NCBI GenBank assembly: GCA_050084985.1
Contig: JBITNC010000002.1
Span: 29,078,001-29,142,000 of the forward strand
DNA: 64,000 nucleotides
Direction of reading: 5' to 3'
From: Nageia nagi
Taxonomy: Eukaryota > Plantae > Pinophyta
Notes under the pieces: generated by a model
Database searches by the model: none
Told to the model about the DNA's origin: nothing
Seen by the model: only the letters and a program-made list of their open reading frames with translations
Shown: positions 13,600 to 26,400 of the stretch, piece after piece
Layout: each line of letters starts with the position of its first letter
Numbering within the stretch: the stretch's first letter is position 1
Translations under genes and position numbers: made by a program

Positions 13600-14300
13600 G
13601 TATCCAAATCCCAAACTTTGCACCAATTTCCCTCGCTTAGGGATTCCATACCCCAAACTATGTAGAACCTAAAGTTGTCTCGCCTTGGTTTCTTATGATC
13701 TTCAAGAACTTCTCAATGCATCAAGACTCCAATTTGTTGATTTGTACTCAAGTGAGACCTCTACCACCATTTCAAATAATGCCTATACATTGCTTAGAAA
13801 TGGTGAGAATTCGAACCAATGCCAATACATTATTTAATCTCAATGAGAATCCTCATAATAACTCCCATATGAAGATCAATCACAATGATATAATACCAAA
13901 TAATGTCCATACGTTGGTTAGTCACAACAAGAGATCCCCAAGCAATACCCATACATTACTTAGGTTGAAACCAAACCCCTTAAGCCATGTCCATATGTCA
14001 TTTAAGATAAGTTCAACCCAATGAACTCAACACCACTTATCGGTAGAGGAAAACACTACCTATACAGTCCAAAACTTGACCAAAAAATCACTCCAACCCA
14101 AAGAGACAAAGCCACATTAACCACCAACCCTCTAATATCTAATAATCTCCTTAAATTCATCAAATATGGTTGATCCTTTCACCCCCAACTACCTTACAAA
14201 CTTAGTAGTTACATCGAGATAACTTTATCAAGAAAATTGGAGTTCCAAAAGATCCTTACCCATAATATTGCAAGGTACAAGGGATCCTTCCAAGACACTA
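13600..14300 (-). pseudogene. Probable LINE ORF1 remnant (DUF4283-like)
   Basis: Minus-strand motifs VWVLLGDL (cf. VWV.LP.LP) and MRILIEI (cf. RICVEID); heavily decayed. Confidence 0.4.
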
Positions 14301-16689
14301 AATATAGGTTAGAAAAAGGGCTTAAAGTTGCCCCAAAAGTGAACATACCAAAAACATAACCTCAATCTTATAGAGCACCTTGAAAGCTCCCATCTTCTTC
14401 CAAATTAATGGCTTGGGCAACTAACTAACCTTGGATGAGAAGAAGATTGTTGCTACTCCAAATCTAATCACATGGATACTTTAAACCCAACTTCCAATGA
14501 GCCCAAGCTAGATAACCCAAAGGTCACCCAAACCTCCTTCAACCAATGCAACATCCCCTTCTAGAGGCCTCGTACAAATAACATCAAATAATATCGAAGG
14601 ATAATTTCATCATTTTCCATCTATTACACAACCATAATCATGAACCCTCCTGAATTTGAATAAGTCAAACGAAGATTTTTAACCTTCTAACGCAAGCCAT
14701 GAATAAAATCTCTAAGGTAATCCCTATCCATCATCGAAGCAACAAGTCTTTTGGCTTCCCAGTAAGCCCCTAACTTCTCAAAAATTTCACTTTGATTGCT
14801 CAAAAATGAATGAAGAGGACCTTCAAAGATGAGAGCACTTGCATTTCAATCATCTAAGCAGAGATGTCACCACTATTACTTGCCAGTTGGGAGCCATCTG
14901 CTTTGTCTCCATCGCCATTGTCTCCAACCTCTCCTACATCTTCCCCCTCTCCAAAACCTTGTTAAGCCCCTTTGCCTTGTTCCATTGATGCCATCTCTTG
15001 TTTTGAAAATTAGTATTACAAAATCTTTGATTGATTGCAATTGAAAGAAGATTAAAATTTATTTATAAATGAACTAATTTTAGTATTTTTTATTGACATA
15101 TAATATAATAAATCAATAAATAAAATAAAATAATTAGTATTTTAAATAAATTTATACAACTAATTAAATCAAATCAATATTATTGAAATATAATACTTGA
15201 AAATACAAAACAACTGCACATAAAATACACATACAAATATTTAAAATACAAATTAGAATATTAGATTTAAATATCTACATGTTTTGTATACTTGTTGAGA
15301 TACTATTTTGAATTCTCCATACCAAACACAACCATTCCCTAACTCGTAATCTTTTTTAAGTTCTCATACCCTTCTTAAGAGCCATTATTGGTTGTCTAAC
15401 AAAGACTCTATCCATTAAGTAGTAAAATTGTATTACATAAAACTTTACTAATTTAGCAGTAGAGATATGATTTTTATTTTATGATGTTTGCTTGATTTAT
15501 TTTTTATTTTATTTTTATCATAAAAAAGAATAAATTATAAGAATAATAAGGATTTATCTTGATAAATATAATTTTTGATGATTAATTAAATCATAAATTT
15601 ATTGTTTAAAGTAATCTAAATACAATTGTATTATATGATATGTTTATGATAAGAAAATAAAAAACTACGAAAATATCAAGATATTATTATAGATATTGTA
15701 ATTTATTATGATGATTTAAAAGATTTTTAATACATATACTTTCTTATTATTTGAAACATTGCTATTTAACATAGGTTGTTGTGACGTTGTAAAAAAATAG
15801 TGTATGGTTCTTATAAAATGATCATGATATATCAAATATAAGTGACCTATAAATAAAAAAATAACTAGATGATCTATGCTTAAAAGTGCTTGATGGGAGC
15901 CAAAAATACATTCTAAGTATGTTGAGGAGCTGATAGGAATGAAAAATGATTCTCTAATTAAATGAGTTATTGATCATTCTTTTATGTATTTTGTGTTCCA
16001 ATGAGATGTGTTTTATTAACTACTCATGTAAGAGATTTTGAAATCATGAACCTTCCCTTTAAAAGAGTTGACTAATAATTAAACAATTAAGGATTTATCA
16101 AATGAATGATCAATATTTATGGCACATACATATGAAGAGTTTGTAATATCATCAAATGTAGGTGGTGGGAATGGAACTTGAAAACTTCCACATATGTGTC
16201 TACACATCTCACTCTTCCCAACTCTCCAACAAGAGGTGATACATACACAAATATACATATATATACATACAATCTTTAACACAAATATGATATGATAATT
16301 ACTAAATGGTCAAATATATGCGATAACTTAATTAAAAAATTAATACAAAAATAAAATATTTCAATGATCTAAGAAACATGATAACACTTTATAACATCTG
16401 TAAATTATTTTATATAACATAAATAAATACTACCTATAATTTTTAAACTTAGAATCATAATTACTATTCCTAAAATACTCTACTATAACACCGTCAATGC
16501 GAAAATATGCTAAAAATAATTATTAGAATATTTTTATATTATTTACAAGAATTATTATAATACTATTTAAAACTTGAGGATGTATGACAAACTTTATATA
16601 AATAAATAGCATAAAAGAAAATTATTAAAGATATAAAAAAGTAATTTTTCTTATAATAAATTACTAAATCAGACAACTACACAAGTATA

Positions 16690-17212
16690 TAGTAAGCGTG
16701 TGCCCTGCCCTACCCTACCTCTTCGAGTTCTCCATTCCCGAGGTCGCCTTGCTTGTCTTGTTTTAACGCTGGTCACACAAACCCCGGTCTGGTCCCCAAA
16801 AACTAAACGAACAAGAAAAAGTCCAAGTTTCTCTTATCTTTCCACTGTCCGACTAACTACTAACTTTCCCTTTACACTTCTCGTGGAATTATTCCACGGT
16901 GTCTTTTAACAAGGCCACTCCATTTCTTCACTGGCTGTAATACCCTAGCTCGGTTTTCCCTTCCCCCCTTTGCTTTCTTCTCCATTTCCGCCAAATTTTG
17001 AAGCTTCAGCTGCCAAATCATGGCCGAATTTCGTAGTTTAGCTGCAGAGATCTCGGCCGGCTGAAGATTACAGCCCCTAGGGCACACGTTTCAAACCCTA
17101 CGTGAAGGAAGTAAAGTAAATCCGGCTGTGATGGGATGCGGTGATCGAGTGGAGTGTAGAATACGGTGAGCTCGGACTTGAAGTTTGAGTTTACGAGGAG
17201 GAAGAGGTCATC
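16690..17212 (+). promoter_or_regulatory. SCC2 promoter/5' leader, CpG-retaining island
   Basis: Sharp switch from very AT-rich, CpG-poor DNA to GC-richer, CpG-containing DNA just upstream of the ATG. Pyrimidine patches, an E2F-like site TTTGGCGG (minus, 16988-16995) and a telo-box AAACCCTA (17093-17100). Confidence 0.7.
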
Positions 17213-17418
17213 ATGAATACGAATACGTATATGATGTCGAATGCGGCGTATTCGGAAGTGGCGCCGTGCTTGCCGTTGCCGAATTTGCCTGTTTGTTTTA
17301 GCGAAGAGGAGATTTCGCTGTTTGAGGATAGAGAGGGCCGTGCCGTGAAAAATTCCGGCTTGGTGACGCAGTCCGGGAAAATTGCGGAGCTGCTTAGATT
17401 TACAGACATCAGTTATTT
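17213..17418 (+). CDS. SCC2: SCC2 exon 1
   Basis: [26 protein letters not shown]...TDISYL; donor GTGAGT at 17419. Confidence 0.9.
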
Positions 17419-20400
17419 GTGAGTAGTCTTATTCTTGTCTGCATACATTCAAGGTTTATAGTTATGTTTCGAATTGTCGAGATCTCTAATTTTTAGTACT
17501 CTTATATTGTTATGATGATAGAAATTATATAAATATGTGGAGATTTGGTACTTTACATTTTAGATTGTTTTTTTAAACTGCTGTGAATTTGCGCTTTTTT
17601 TTGTCATTATTTATGAAATTCAGTAAAGATCAGAGAATTGTAGCTTAAAGCTTATGAGAGCGGTGGGTTGTATCTTATGTGTCCGCTTAAATCCGTTTTT
17701 TTCTTTCATAAACCTGAAAAATCAGGTTTTCAGTTGGCATTTAGTGAGAACTTATGTTTTAATTATTTATTTTGGCAAGAAAAGTAATGCAAAGAGCTGA
17801 GAAATGAAGTTCGCATGCATTTTCATTAGAAAAATTTTGAAAACTAGGTTTCAAAGTTTAATTTTCCAGGAATTACTAGCAGATATTTTGCGTTGGCTTT
17901 TTATTATTTTATTTTCTTTAAATATTCAGCAGAGTTATGGTGAATATAAGTTCAAATGTATTTCACTTTATATCTCACAAATTTGAAAAATAAAGCATTT
18001 GTATAAAGTCTTTTTTTGAGAAAATATTAAAGAGTGTTTGTATACAGATGCTAGAGTAGTCAAAATTTTACAAGAATGTGTTTTTCATTAAAAAATAGCT
18101 AATGTTACAACTATTATTTATGCTTTGAAATACATAGATTTTCCTATGATTCTCTAGTTGCAAAACATTTTATGTTCCTTGAATTTTCTCTGTTCTGTTT
18201 TGAGGGAAATTCCTGGAGATGTTGGAAAACTTATAAAAGAGTTCGAGGATAGAAGAAATATGGTGAAGTTTCTTTTGGGCCGATTACAGGGATTTGTTGG
18301 AAAACTTATAACAGAGATTAAGGATAGAAGAAATTTGGTGCAATGTTTTTGAGGAGTGAGTATAGAGTTTGGTAAGCTCTAAGTGGGCGCAGTGCGGTTT
18401 AGGGGGTGGTCTTAACAACTTTCTGGTTTACAATCAACTTTTATGTTTAATTTCTGTATTTGGTCACTTCCTTGGACCCGTGCAGGTCTAAACACTTCCC
18501 TAGAGTTTGCACTTCTATCCCCTATCATGTAGTGCCGAGAGCTATGGTTGGTGTTGCTAGCTTAGGCCTCGACATAGTTCATGCTCATGCCCAGGTCGTT
18601 GATAGCAAAAACTATCCTTCGTTCCCTTTGATGAGGCCACACACAGTTTGTCGTAGTCCCACTTCTGAAGTGGGACACTCTGTTTAATTGTTTTCAAAGA
18701 GGGAGGTCACAAATTAGTTTACCCTTCAATCAAGATTTAGCTTAAGGAAATACTCAATATATCTTTATATTAATTTGCTTGAAAATTATGTAGAGATTAC
18801 CATGCTAGTACAATAGATTCGGGATAGTTTCTTAGACTATGTTCTATCTTAGGTTTGTTGTTCTATTTTGGGTAATTTGGGTGTGATTGTCGCTTCTCAT
18901 CATCTAAGCACACTTGTTAGGTTGGATTGGACCAGCTTGGATTTGATTGTATGTTTAGGTGATAGTTATATATGTTAGGTTGAAGCACATTGTAGCATAG
19001 AATTTTGTATCGAATGATTTCATCCTTCATAATTTAATTTACCTACCTCTTTGTTTGTTGCCAATAACTATGCGCCACATGTTTGTGTTAGGTGGGGTTG
19101 GTGGAGTCTTTATCAGTATTTTGCTTTCACTCTAGTGGCCATGCACATGATTCATGTTCTCATGCCTTCATTGTTGAACGCGACCGTGCTTCCTTCACTC
19201 TACTTTTGCTGCCCCTACCAGGGGTATGATTCCTATTGATGACCTATATTTCGAAAGTGATCACGACTTAGTTCTATTGTTTCCTTTGTTGATATTGGCT
19301 TGTTGGGCATTGCTAGAAACGATGTTGTTGCCTCCATCGTCAAAGGCAATAACAACTTCAACTTGTGGTTGTTCTTGCTTAGTTGGCGTTGGTGCTTTGG
19401 ATGATCCACACAAATTATCTTCATGCCTCAGCTAGCAACAACAACTTCCTTTGTCATTCCTTTGCCTTTGGTCATCTTGGTGCAAAAACTAAAATAAATA
19501 CTTGGTCAAAATTTAAAATTTCAAATCTTAAAGTATTTTCCTTTTTTTTTTCGATGGATGCTTCTGCATTAGACTCTCGATGTATAAAGGTATGTGAGCC
19601 CTTGTTTATAAGGTTTAATTTTGAATGGGGAGTTTGCTCAAATTTGGATCTTTGAAACCCATGAATCTTTTGCAGGTCCCTTCCATTCCATCAGACCAAA
19701 TATTCTTTGTACTACTTGCCCTTTGTTTTCTTATCCACTCTTTAGTGCAAAACTTTCACAGTTTCTTCTCTTTTCTTCATTTGGTCTATCAAATCCTCCA
19801 CTCTATTGTTATCTTTCTCCTCTTCTATTTCATATGTGTTTTCTTTTGCACAAGGGTGTAAATTTGAAACATTGAAGATGGGTGAAATATCTAATCCTGA
19901 TGGTAACTCTATCTCATATGCATTGTTTGATAATTTCCATAGAGCTTTTCATGGTCCAATCTTCTTGTACTTCAACTTGTTATAGGTTCTGGTGGGGAAC
20001 CTTCCCTTCCTCAAGAATAGTATGAGCGAGTCACCTAATGAAAATGACTATTCTCTTCTTGTCTTATTTGCTCTTTCCTTGTTTTTGAGATTGCTTTTTT
20101 GATTTTGACTTCAAACTTCTTCGTGCAATTGCTTTATGTGCTTTGTTAAGTCTTTTGCCTTTGCATTCTTCTTTTCAACAACTACCTTCACCAAATCAGG
20201 AATCCTTCTTGGTGATCTTCGATATACAATGTGAAAAGGGGAAGCACCAGTTGATCTATTAATTCAATTGTTATAGGAAAACTCTGCTTGGGCTAGTACT
20301 ATGTTTGATTGCTTTAGTCTATCTCCAACTAGGCTTCTCAATAGATTGCCTAAAAATCCTATTGACCACTTCGGTTTGTTCGTTTTGTTTACGGATGATG

Positions 20401-23400
20401 GGTTATGCTAAACACAAGTTTTGTACCCAATATTTGCCATAGCATTTTCCTGAAGAACTTGGTATCCCTATTTGAAATTATACTCTTTGGTAACCCATGC
20501 AATCTTACTTCTTTTTTAAGGAATATTTTGGCAATGTATAAAGCATCGTTGGTCTTCTTGTAGGGTATGAAGTTTGCCATCTTTGAGAATTTATTTAAAA
20601 TTACGAAGATGCTATCATTGCCACTATGTGTTTTTGGCAATTCCAATACAAAATCCATGCTAATGTCTTCCCATGACCCATTCGGTATTGGTAGTGGTTG
20701 GTATAATCTTATGTTTTTGCTAGTTCTCTTGCCAATTGACATGTTCTACATCTTGTCATAAAATTCTCCACATCTTTTTGTAATCTTAGCCAATAGAACT
20801 TCTCCTTCAATTGCAGTAGGGTCATATTTCTTTTGAAATGTCCTCAAAGACCTCTTCCATTCATTTTTTTGAGAAGGTTCTCCCTTGTAGATTCTTGTGG
20901 AATACGCAATTGTTGATTCTTGAAAAGGAATCCTTCTTGGATGAAGAAATCTTCCCATACTCTTTGGTTCTAACATGATCTCAGAGAATTCGATATCTTC
21001 CTTTGCAAATCCTTGAAGTGGTCCACATCTACCACTTTTACCTACATAGTCTTCAACAATAAGGTTTTGCTGAATGCATCTACCACTCTATTTGATTATC
21101 CTGACTCCCCATATATGCTTGATGATAAAGGTATAACTATGCTCAACTTTTTTTGCTTATTTATGTACTCCGAGGTTTGGTAGTCAGTGTATAGCACAAA
21201 TTGTATGGGCAATAAGTAATGTCTTCATGACTTTAATGCTTGTACAATGGCATAACACTCTTGTTCATGTATTGAATATTTTTGTTTGGCCTCATCCAAC
21301 TTTTGACTAAATGATGCTATTGGTCTTTCCTCTTAGCATAAAATAGTTCAAATGGCTTTGCCACTAGCATCACAATCAACCTGAAACATTTTGTCACAGT
21401 TGCAAATATTGATTGTTTTGTTATCCTTTATTTCAACAATTTGGATATTTTTCTGCTTCGAGGGTCCATGTAAATATTCCTTTCTTTATGCATGAGGTCG
21501 ATGTTGCAAAAATTCTACTGAAGTTCCTTATGAACTTTCTATAGAAACTTCTATTTTTCTCTCGTGGTGCACAACATTTACATCATATTTCCATGGTCTT
21601 CGCATGAGAACATGATAGAGATCCATTGGAATAATGTCACATCAAACGTCGTCATAATAGTTTTCAGTCTTGATGTTTGCTTTGCATTTTTCGGTCACCG
21701 TGACTTCTTGTCCTTTCTCTAGCCATGACACTTTGTAAGTTTGTGGATGGGTGAAGGTTTCCAACTTCAGTTTGTCTTGGTTGACACAATATAGGAACTT
21801 CACTCCACAATTGAGTTCTACCCACATGATACCTTTCTTATCCATCGCCTTAGCGCCAAGCTCCTCTCGTTGGGACGTTCGTGTTGTCGCCTTTCAAGTT
21901 GGCTTTGGGGTGCATGGAATCTATGCCAAACCTGCATAAATTCGGTCTTAGAAAATCATACAAATTGGTGGGAACAATGCCCTAGAGTTGAATTCATATA
22001 TCACTATCTTTTCACAACTCTTTTTCTTTATTTTCTATTTTTTTTTGCGCGGCTTTTGCAACAAACCTTTTCTTTTCTTTTTTTTTCTCGAGAAACAACT
22101 ATTCTTGGATTAGGGACCCTTCGAGTCCTTGATTAACAAATTTCATTTGAGTTGGTAATAGCTTCAAACATCTCCACCTTATCACCTGAGTGAACCCTTG
22201 CACCCTTCACTTTCAAACCTTTGAGGTAAAAGTCCTCATAGGGGGTAGGGGTGACACCCTACCACTCAGGTGTTGGAGTCTTTCTACAAGCCTTGTGATC
22301 TAATTTACCAATTAGCAAGGGTAGGAATGAAAAGCTCCCAACAGTGGGGTGACAAAAATTCTTCTTAATATAAATTACTCTCGAGCCTCAACTACAATAG
22401 AAGCTTAGGTGATATTTGTTCTATCACTTGGGCAATATTTGTTCTATTATCATTTCTCTTATTATCTCTTTTTGTGTGCCTTGCTCTGAATAGCTTTATA
22501 TTGTTGAGCTCCACAATTCATAACATTCTCCATTGAATCTATCAAATCAATGACCTTATCCTCTAGTTTCATTTTCTCTTCCTCTATACGATTGAAGTCT
22601 TGAACTTTAAGAGCTACATGAACCCTCATTGTCTTCTTTCTTCTGAGTCCTCTCCTTTTGAGTGAAAAGTTCTCTTACCTCTTCCTTTGCTAGTAGCTTG
22701 TGACAACTTGTGATTTAGCTTCTCCTCTGCTTTCATAATATATTGATAAACATCTTCCATGCTTCTAATGTTTAACATGTCGATTTCATCTTAAATTGCC
22801 AACCTTAAATTGCTTATGTACCTTGAAAGGTAACAACAATTGGTTAGGCTATCCAACTCGAGATGACAACCTTTGGAAATTCTCTATATAATCCTTCACA
22901 CTTGTCCCCTTCTAATAGATATTTTGCATATTTTTATACAATATGAGATCATAGTCTTTCAACAAGAATTGCTTTTGTAGCTTGGCCAACCATCCTATTC
23001 TAAGACTTTATCTTCATCTTTCCACCTGCAACTCTTCTCCTTTGGACTTGTTTCGCCCATAGGTTTGCATGGCCTTTCAACTTTTTCATGATTAGCTTCA
23101 CCTTCTTGAAGTCCTTAACGTCTCCTAGATCAAAATATTTCTCCAACTTTGAGATTTAGTCAACGAATTTGTCATGGTTCAGAATTCTTAGTAGGTTTGC
23201 CTTTGGTTTGCTCGCAGACTTAGCAAAGTTCTTAGCGATACCAGCTTCTAGCATGTTTTCTTCTTCTTTCAAATTTGATGAGCGTGGTTTGCTATTTTGG
23301 CTCTCTTATTCTTCTTTGCCTTTTCTTATGTTCCCTAATGGTAGTCATCCAGGTGCGCATATCATGCACTTCTTGTAACTCAATGATTTCATCACACACA

Positions 23401-26400
23401 TTTCCTCTTGTAGATTTGGCTTTGGCTCTGCCTTCACTCTCAATCTTTCACCTAACTTCATACTCATCTTTGATACTCTCTCTCCCCTAAATCAACCTTT
23501 CGCTTTGAGACCATTTGGCATAATGTAGGTCAGGGGGCGGTCGCAACAACATAAGGTCAAAATTAATATTATAATTTTACAATCAAATTTTATGTTGAAT
23601 TTCTATCTTTGGCCTTTTCCTTGTTGCCAAGCATGATGGGTTGAAACACTCCTAGTTAGCATTGTTACTTTAGGCATTGACATAGTTCATGCTCATGACT
23701 AGGTTGTCAATAATGAAATTTGTACTTCATTTGCTACGAGGAGGTCACACAGTTTATCTTAGTTTCACTTTTGAAGGCGGACACAAAATTTGTTTATTTG
23801 TTCTTGAAGAGGAAGGTCACAAATTAGTTTAAACTTTATCCTTTCACACAAGATGTAACACAAGGAAAGATTCAATATGTCTTCATATTAATTTGCCTAA
23901 AAATTACATCAAGATTAGAATGATAGTACAATATATCTTTTATAGTTCCTTAGACTATGTTCTATCTTAGATTTGTTGTTCTATTATGGGTACTTTGGGA
24001 GCAACCATCGCTTCTCATTGTCTAAAACCACTTCGACTTGATGTTGGATCTTCATCTTCATGTTGGTCTTGATTGGATAGGATTGTATGCCTAGGTGCTA
24101 TCTATACTAGCTAGGTTGGAGTACACTATAGCAAATATGTCCGTACCAAGTGACACCATCTCTCATAATGCTGTTTACAAACCTTTTTGACCATTGCCAA
24201 TAACTGTATGCTATGTGTTCGTGTTAGGTGGGGTTGTTGAAGCCTTAATTTGTGTTTCACTTTTGCTTTGGAGGGGATGCAGATAATTTGTGTTCCTGCC
24301 TTCCGTATCGAACACGAGCATTCTTCCTTCACTTCACATATTTCTTGCTGATGACCTATCCATTGAAAGCGGCAATGACTTTGTTTGTGTTTCCTTTATT
24401 GACATTGGCTCCTTGGGCAACATTACAAGCTTTGTTGGTGCCTCCACCATCGAAGATAATAATGACTCACTTGGTGGTTGTTTTTGCTTTGTTAGTGTCG
24501 GTGATTGGAGGATCCTCTTTATGCCTTAACAACCTACGATGACTTTCTTTGTTGCAACTTTGAGCCTGGCCATCATCTTAGCGCAAAAATTAAAATAGAT
24601 ACTTCGTTGAAATTCAAAATTTCAAGGCATGTTCCTTTGTTTCAGTAGATGCTCATGCATCATTGAGGGCTTCAACAAATTGCAAATAGTGTCTTACGCT
24701 TCATAATGCATCACGATATGTAACCACCTCATATTCCCTATATATCTATTATCCTTAGATATGGATGCACCATTTGTGTCACCATCATATACTATAGACA
24801 CTGAGCTCAAACATGTGCCTCCTCAAGAGTACACAAGCATTCACTGATGAGAGCAAGAATACAATTTGGGGAAAATGGTTTGTCAAAATTGTAATAACAA
24901 TATACATTAAAATTTTTAGAGACATTTAAATGTCTTCTAGTTTGTGACCTTGGTTTTATAATTTGACAAATCTCCAGGTTTGGAAAGATGCATTTTTACT
25001 GACAACACACTCCAAATTATAATGCAAAATAGATGAAAAACTTTATGCTTTCATCTCCATGTAATTTTATTTTTGCTATAGCTTTTCAGAAATTATTGAA
25101 AATTGAGATGGGATCATAAAGTTTTCATCTATTTTGCAGTATTATTTGGAATGAATTGTTGGTAAATGTGTATTATTCCAAGCATGTAGTTTTCAAATGT
25201 TGGAGATCTGCAAAATTACAAAAGGGAGGCTACGAGTGACATGTTTCATTTATAAGATTATTTAGGATTGGTTTGTGGGGATAAAAGTGAAATGAAAAGA
25301 TTGAATAGACACAAGAAAAATCTTCATAGAACAGAATTGGTGTATAAGTTTAGTATGAAGAGTTTTTTTTTGGGTTATTGTATTGTCTCCATTTTAATCC
25401 AGTTTTGTAAATATTATTTAGGTGTTCTTCATTGTGTTTAGAAGGTGTTTTATGTTTTATTTTTAATAAAGTGTTAGAAATAAAGTTATTAAGGTGTTAG
25501 AATTTAGCATGTGGTTAAATAATCTTTTATGTGATTGTGGGCGGGCCATCCAAGTGGAGATCTAAGTGTGGAGACTTAATCTTGAGCATCTAAAGGTGGA
25601 GACTTAATCTCCAACAAGTAGCAATATGGAATGTTGGATTTGAGAGGAGATGGTGGCAACCCTAACTCTTTTCTATTTGACGAAGAAGCACATCACTTTT
25701 GAGTATAGGAAGAAGCACATCATTTTTGAGTATGTTTCATTATTGTTATTGTCATCTTTGGAGATTATTGCAATGAACAATTATCTTTTATGGAAACCCT
25801 AGAGGACTGCAAATCCTTTAGAGGCTTAAGGCTGATAAACCTTAAGCTCATTTCCAAGTTGATGAATCCATTCAGGATTCAAGATTCATACTGGTGCTTA
25901 ATTGTGGAGAATTTTAGAATCAGATCTAGGGTTTGGAACCCTAATTTTGCTTCAACAATTGGATTGAAGGAAAAAGACCAGATTTGTTCAAGTTTAGGGC
26001 TCAACAATCGGGGAAGGTGTTAAAACTTGATTCCGACATCATTTGCTAATTTCGCCAATTTTCACCATTTTTTCCTGTTGAAAAAGTCAACTTTTTGGGC
26101 AAAAAATTGAAAATTCTCCAAAAGTCCCAATTTTTTGCCAAGGCATTTTCCTTTGAGTTAGCTACCCTTGTGCTATCTCAAACTCACTCAAAAGGCCTTG
26201 AACCTTGCAAATTTTGGTATTTTCAATGATGGCACACTCAAAGTAAAATCGAAAAATCCAATTTTCCAAAATCCCTCTTTGTTTGCCCAGAAAGGGCCAT
26301 TAGCTTGCCAGGACTCTTCTAACTCTATATTGTCCACCTAAACAGGGACAAGATGGCGTTAGTCGCACATAACATCAAAAATAGGAAAGCGGATGAAAGG

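Noticed and set aside
16872-17409. Antisense ORFs over the SCC2 promoter and exon 1
   Set aside because: Short shadows of GC-rich or coding sequence with no independent support.
25790-26023. Duplicated ORF (also 29347-29577) suggesting a small gene pair
   Set aside because: Both lie within the two LTR copies of one element.
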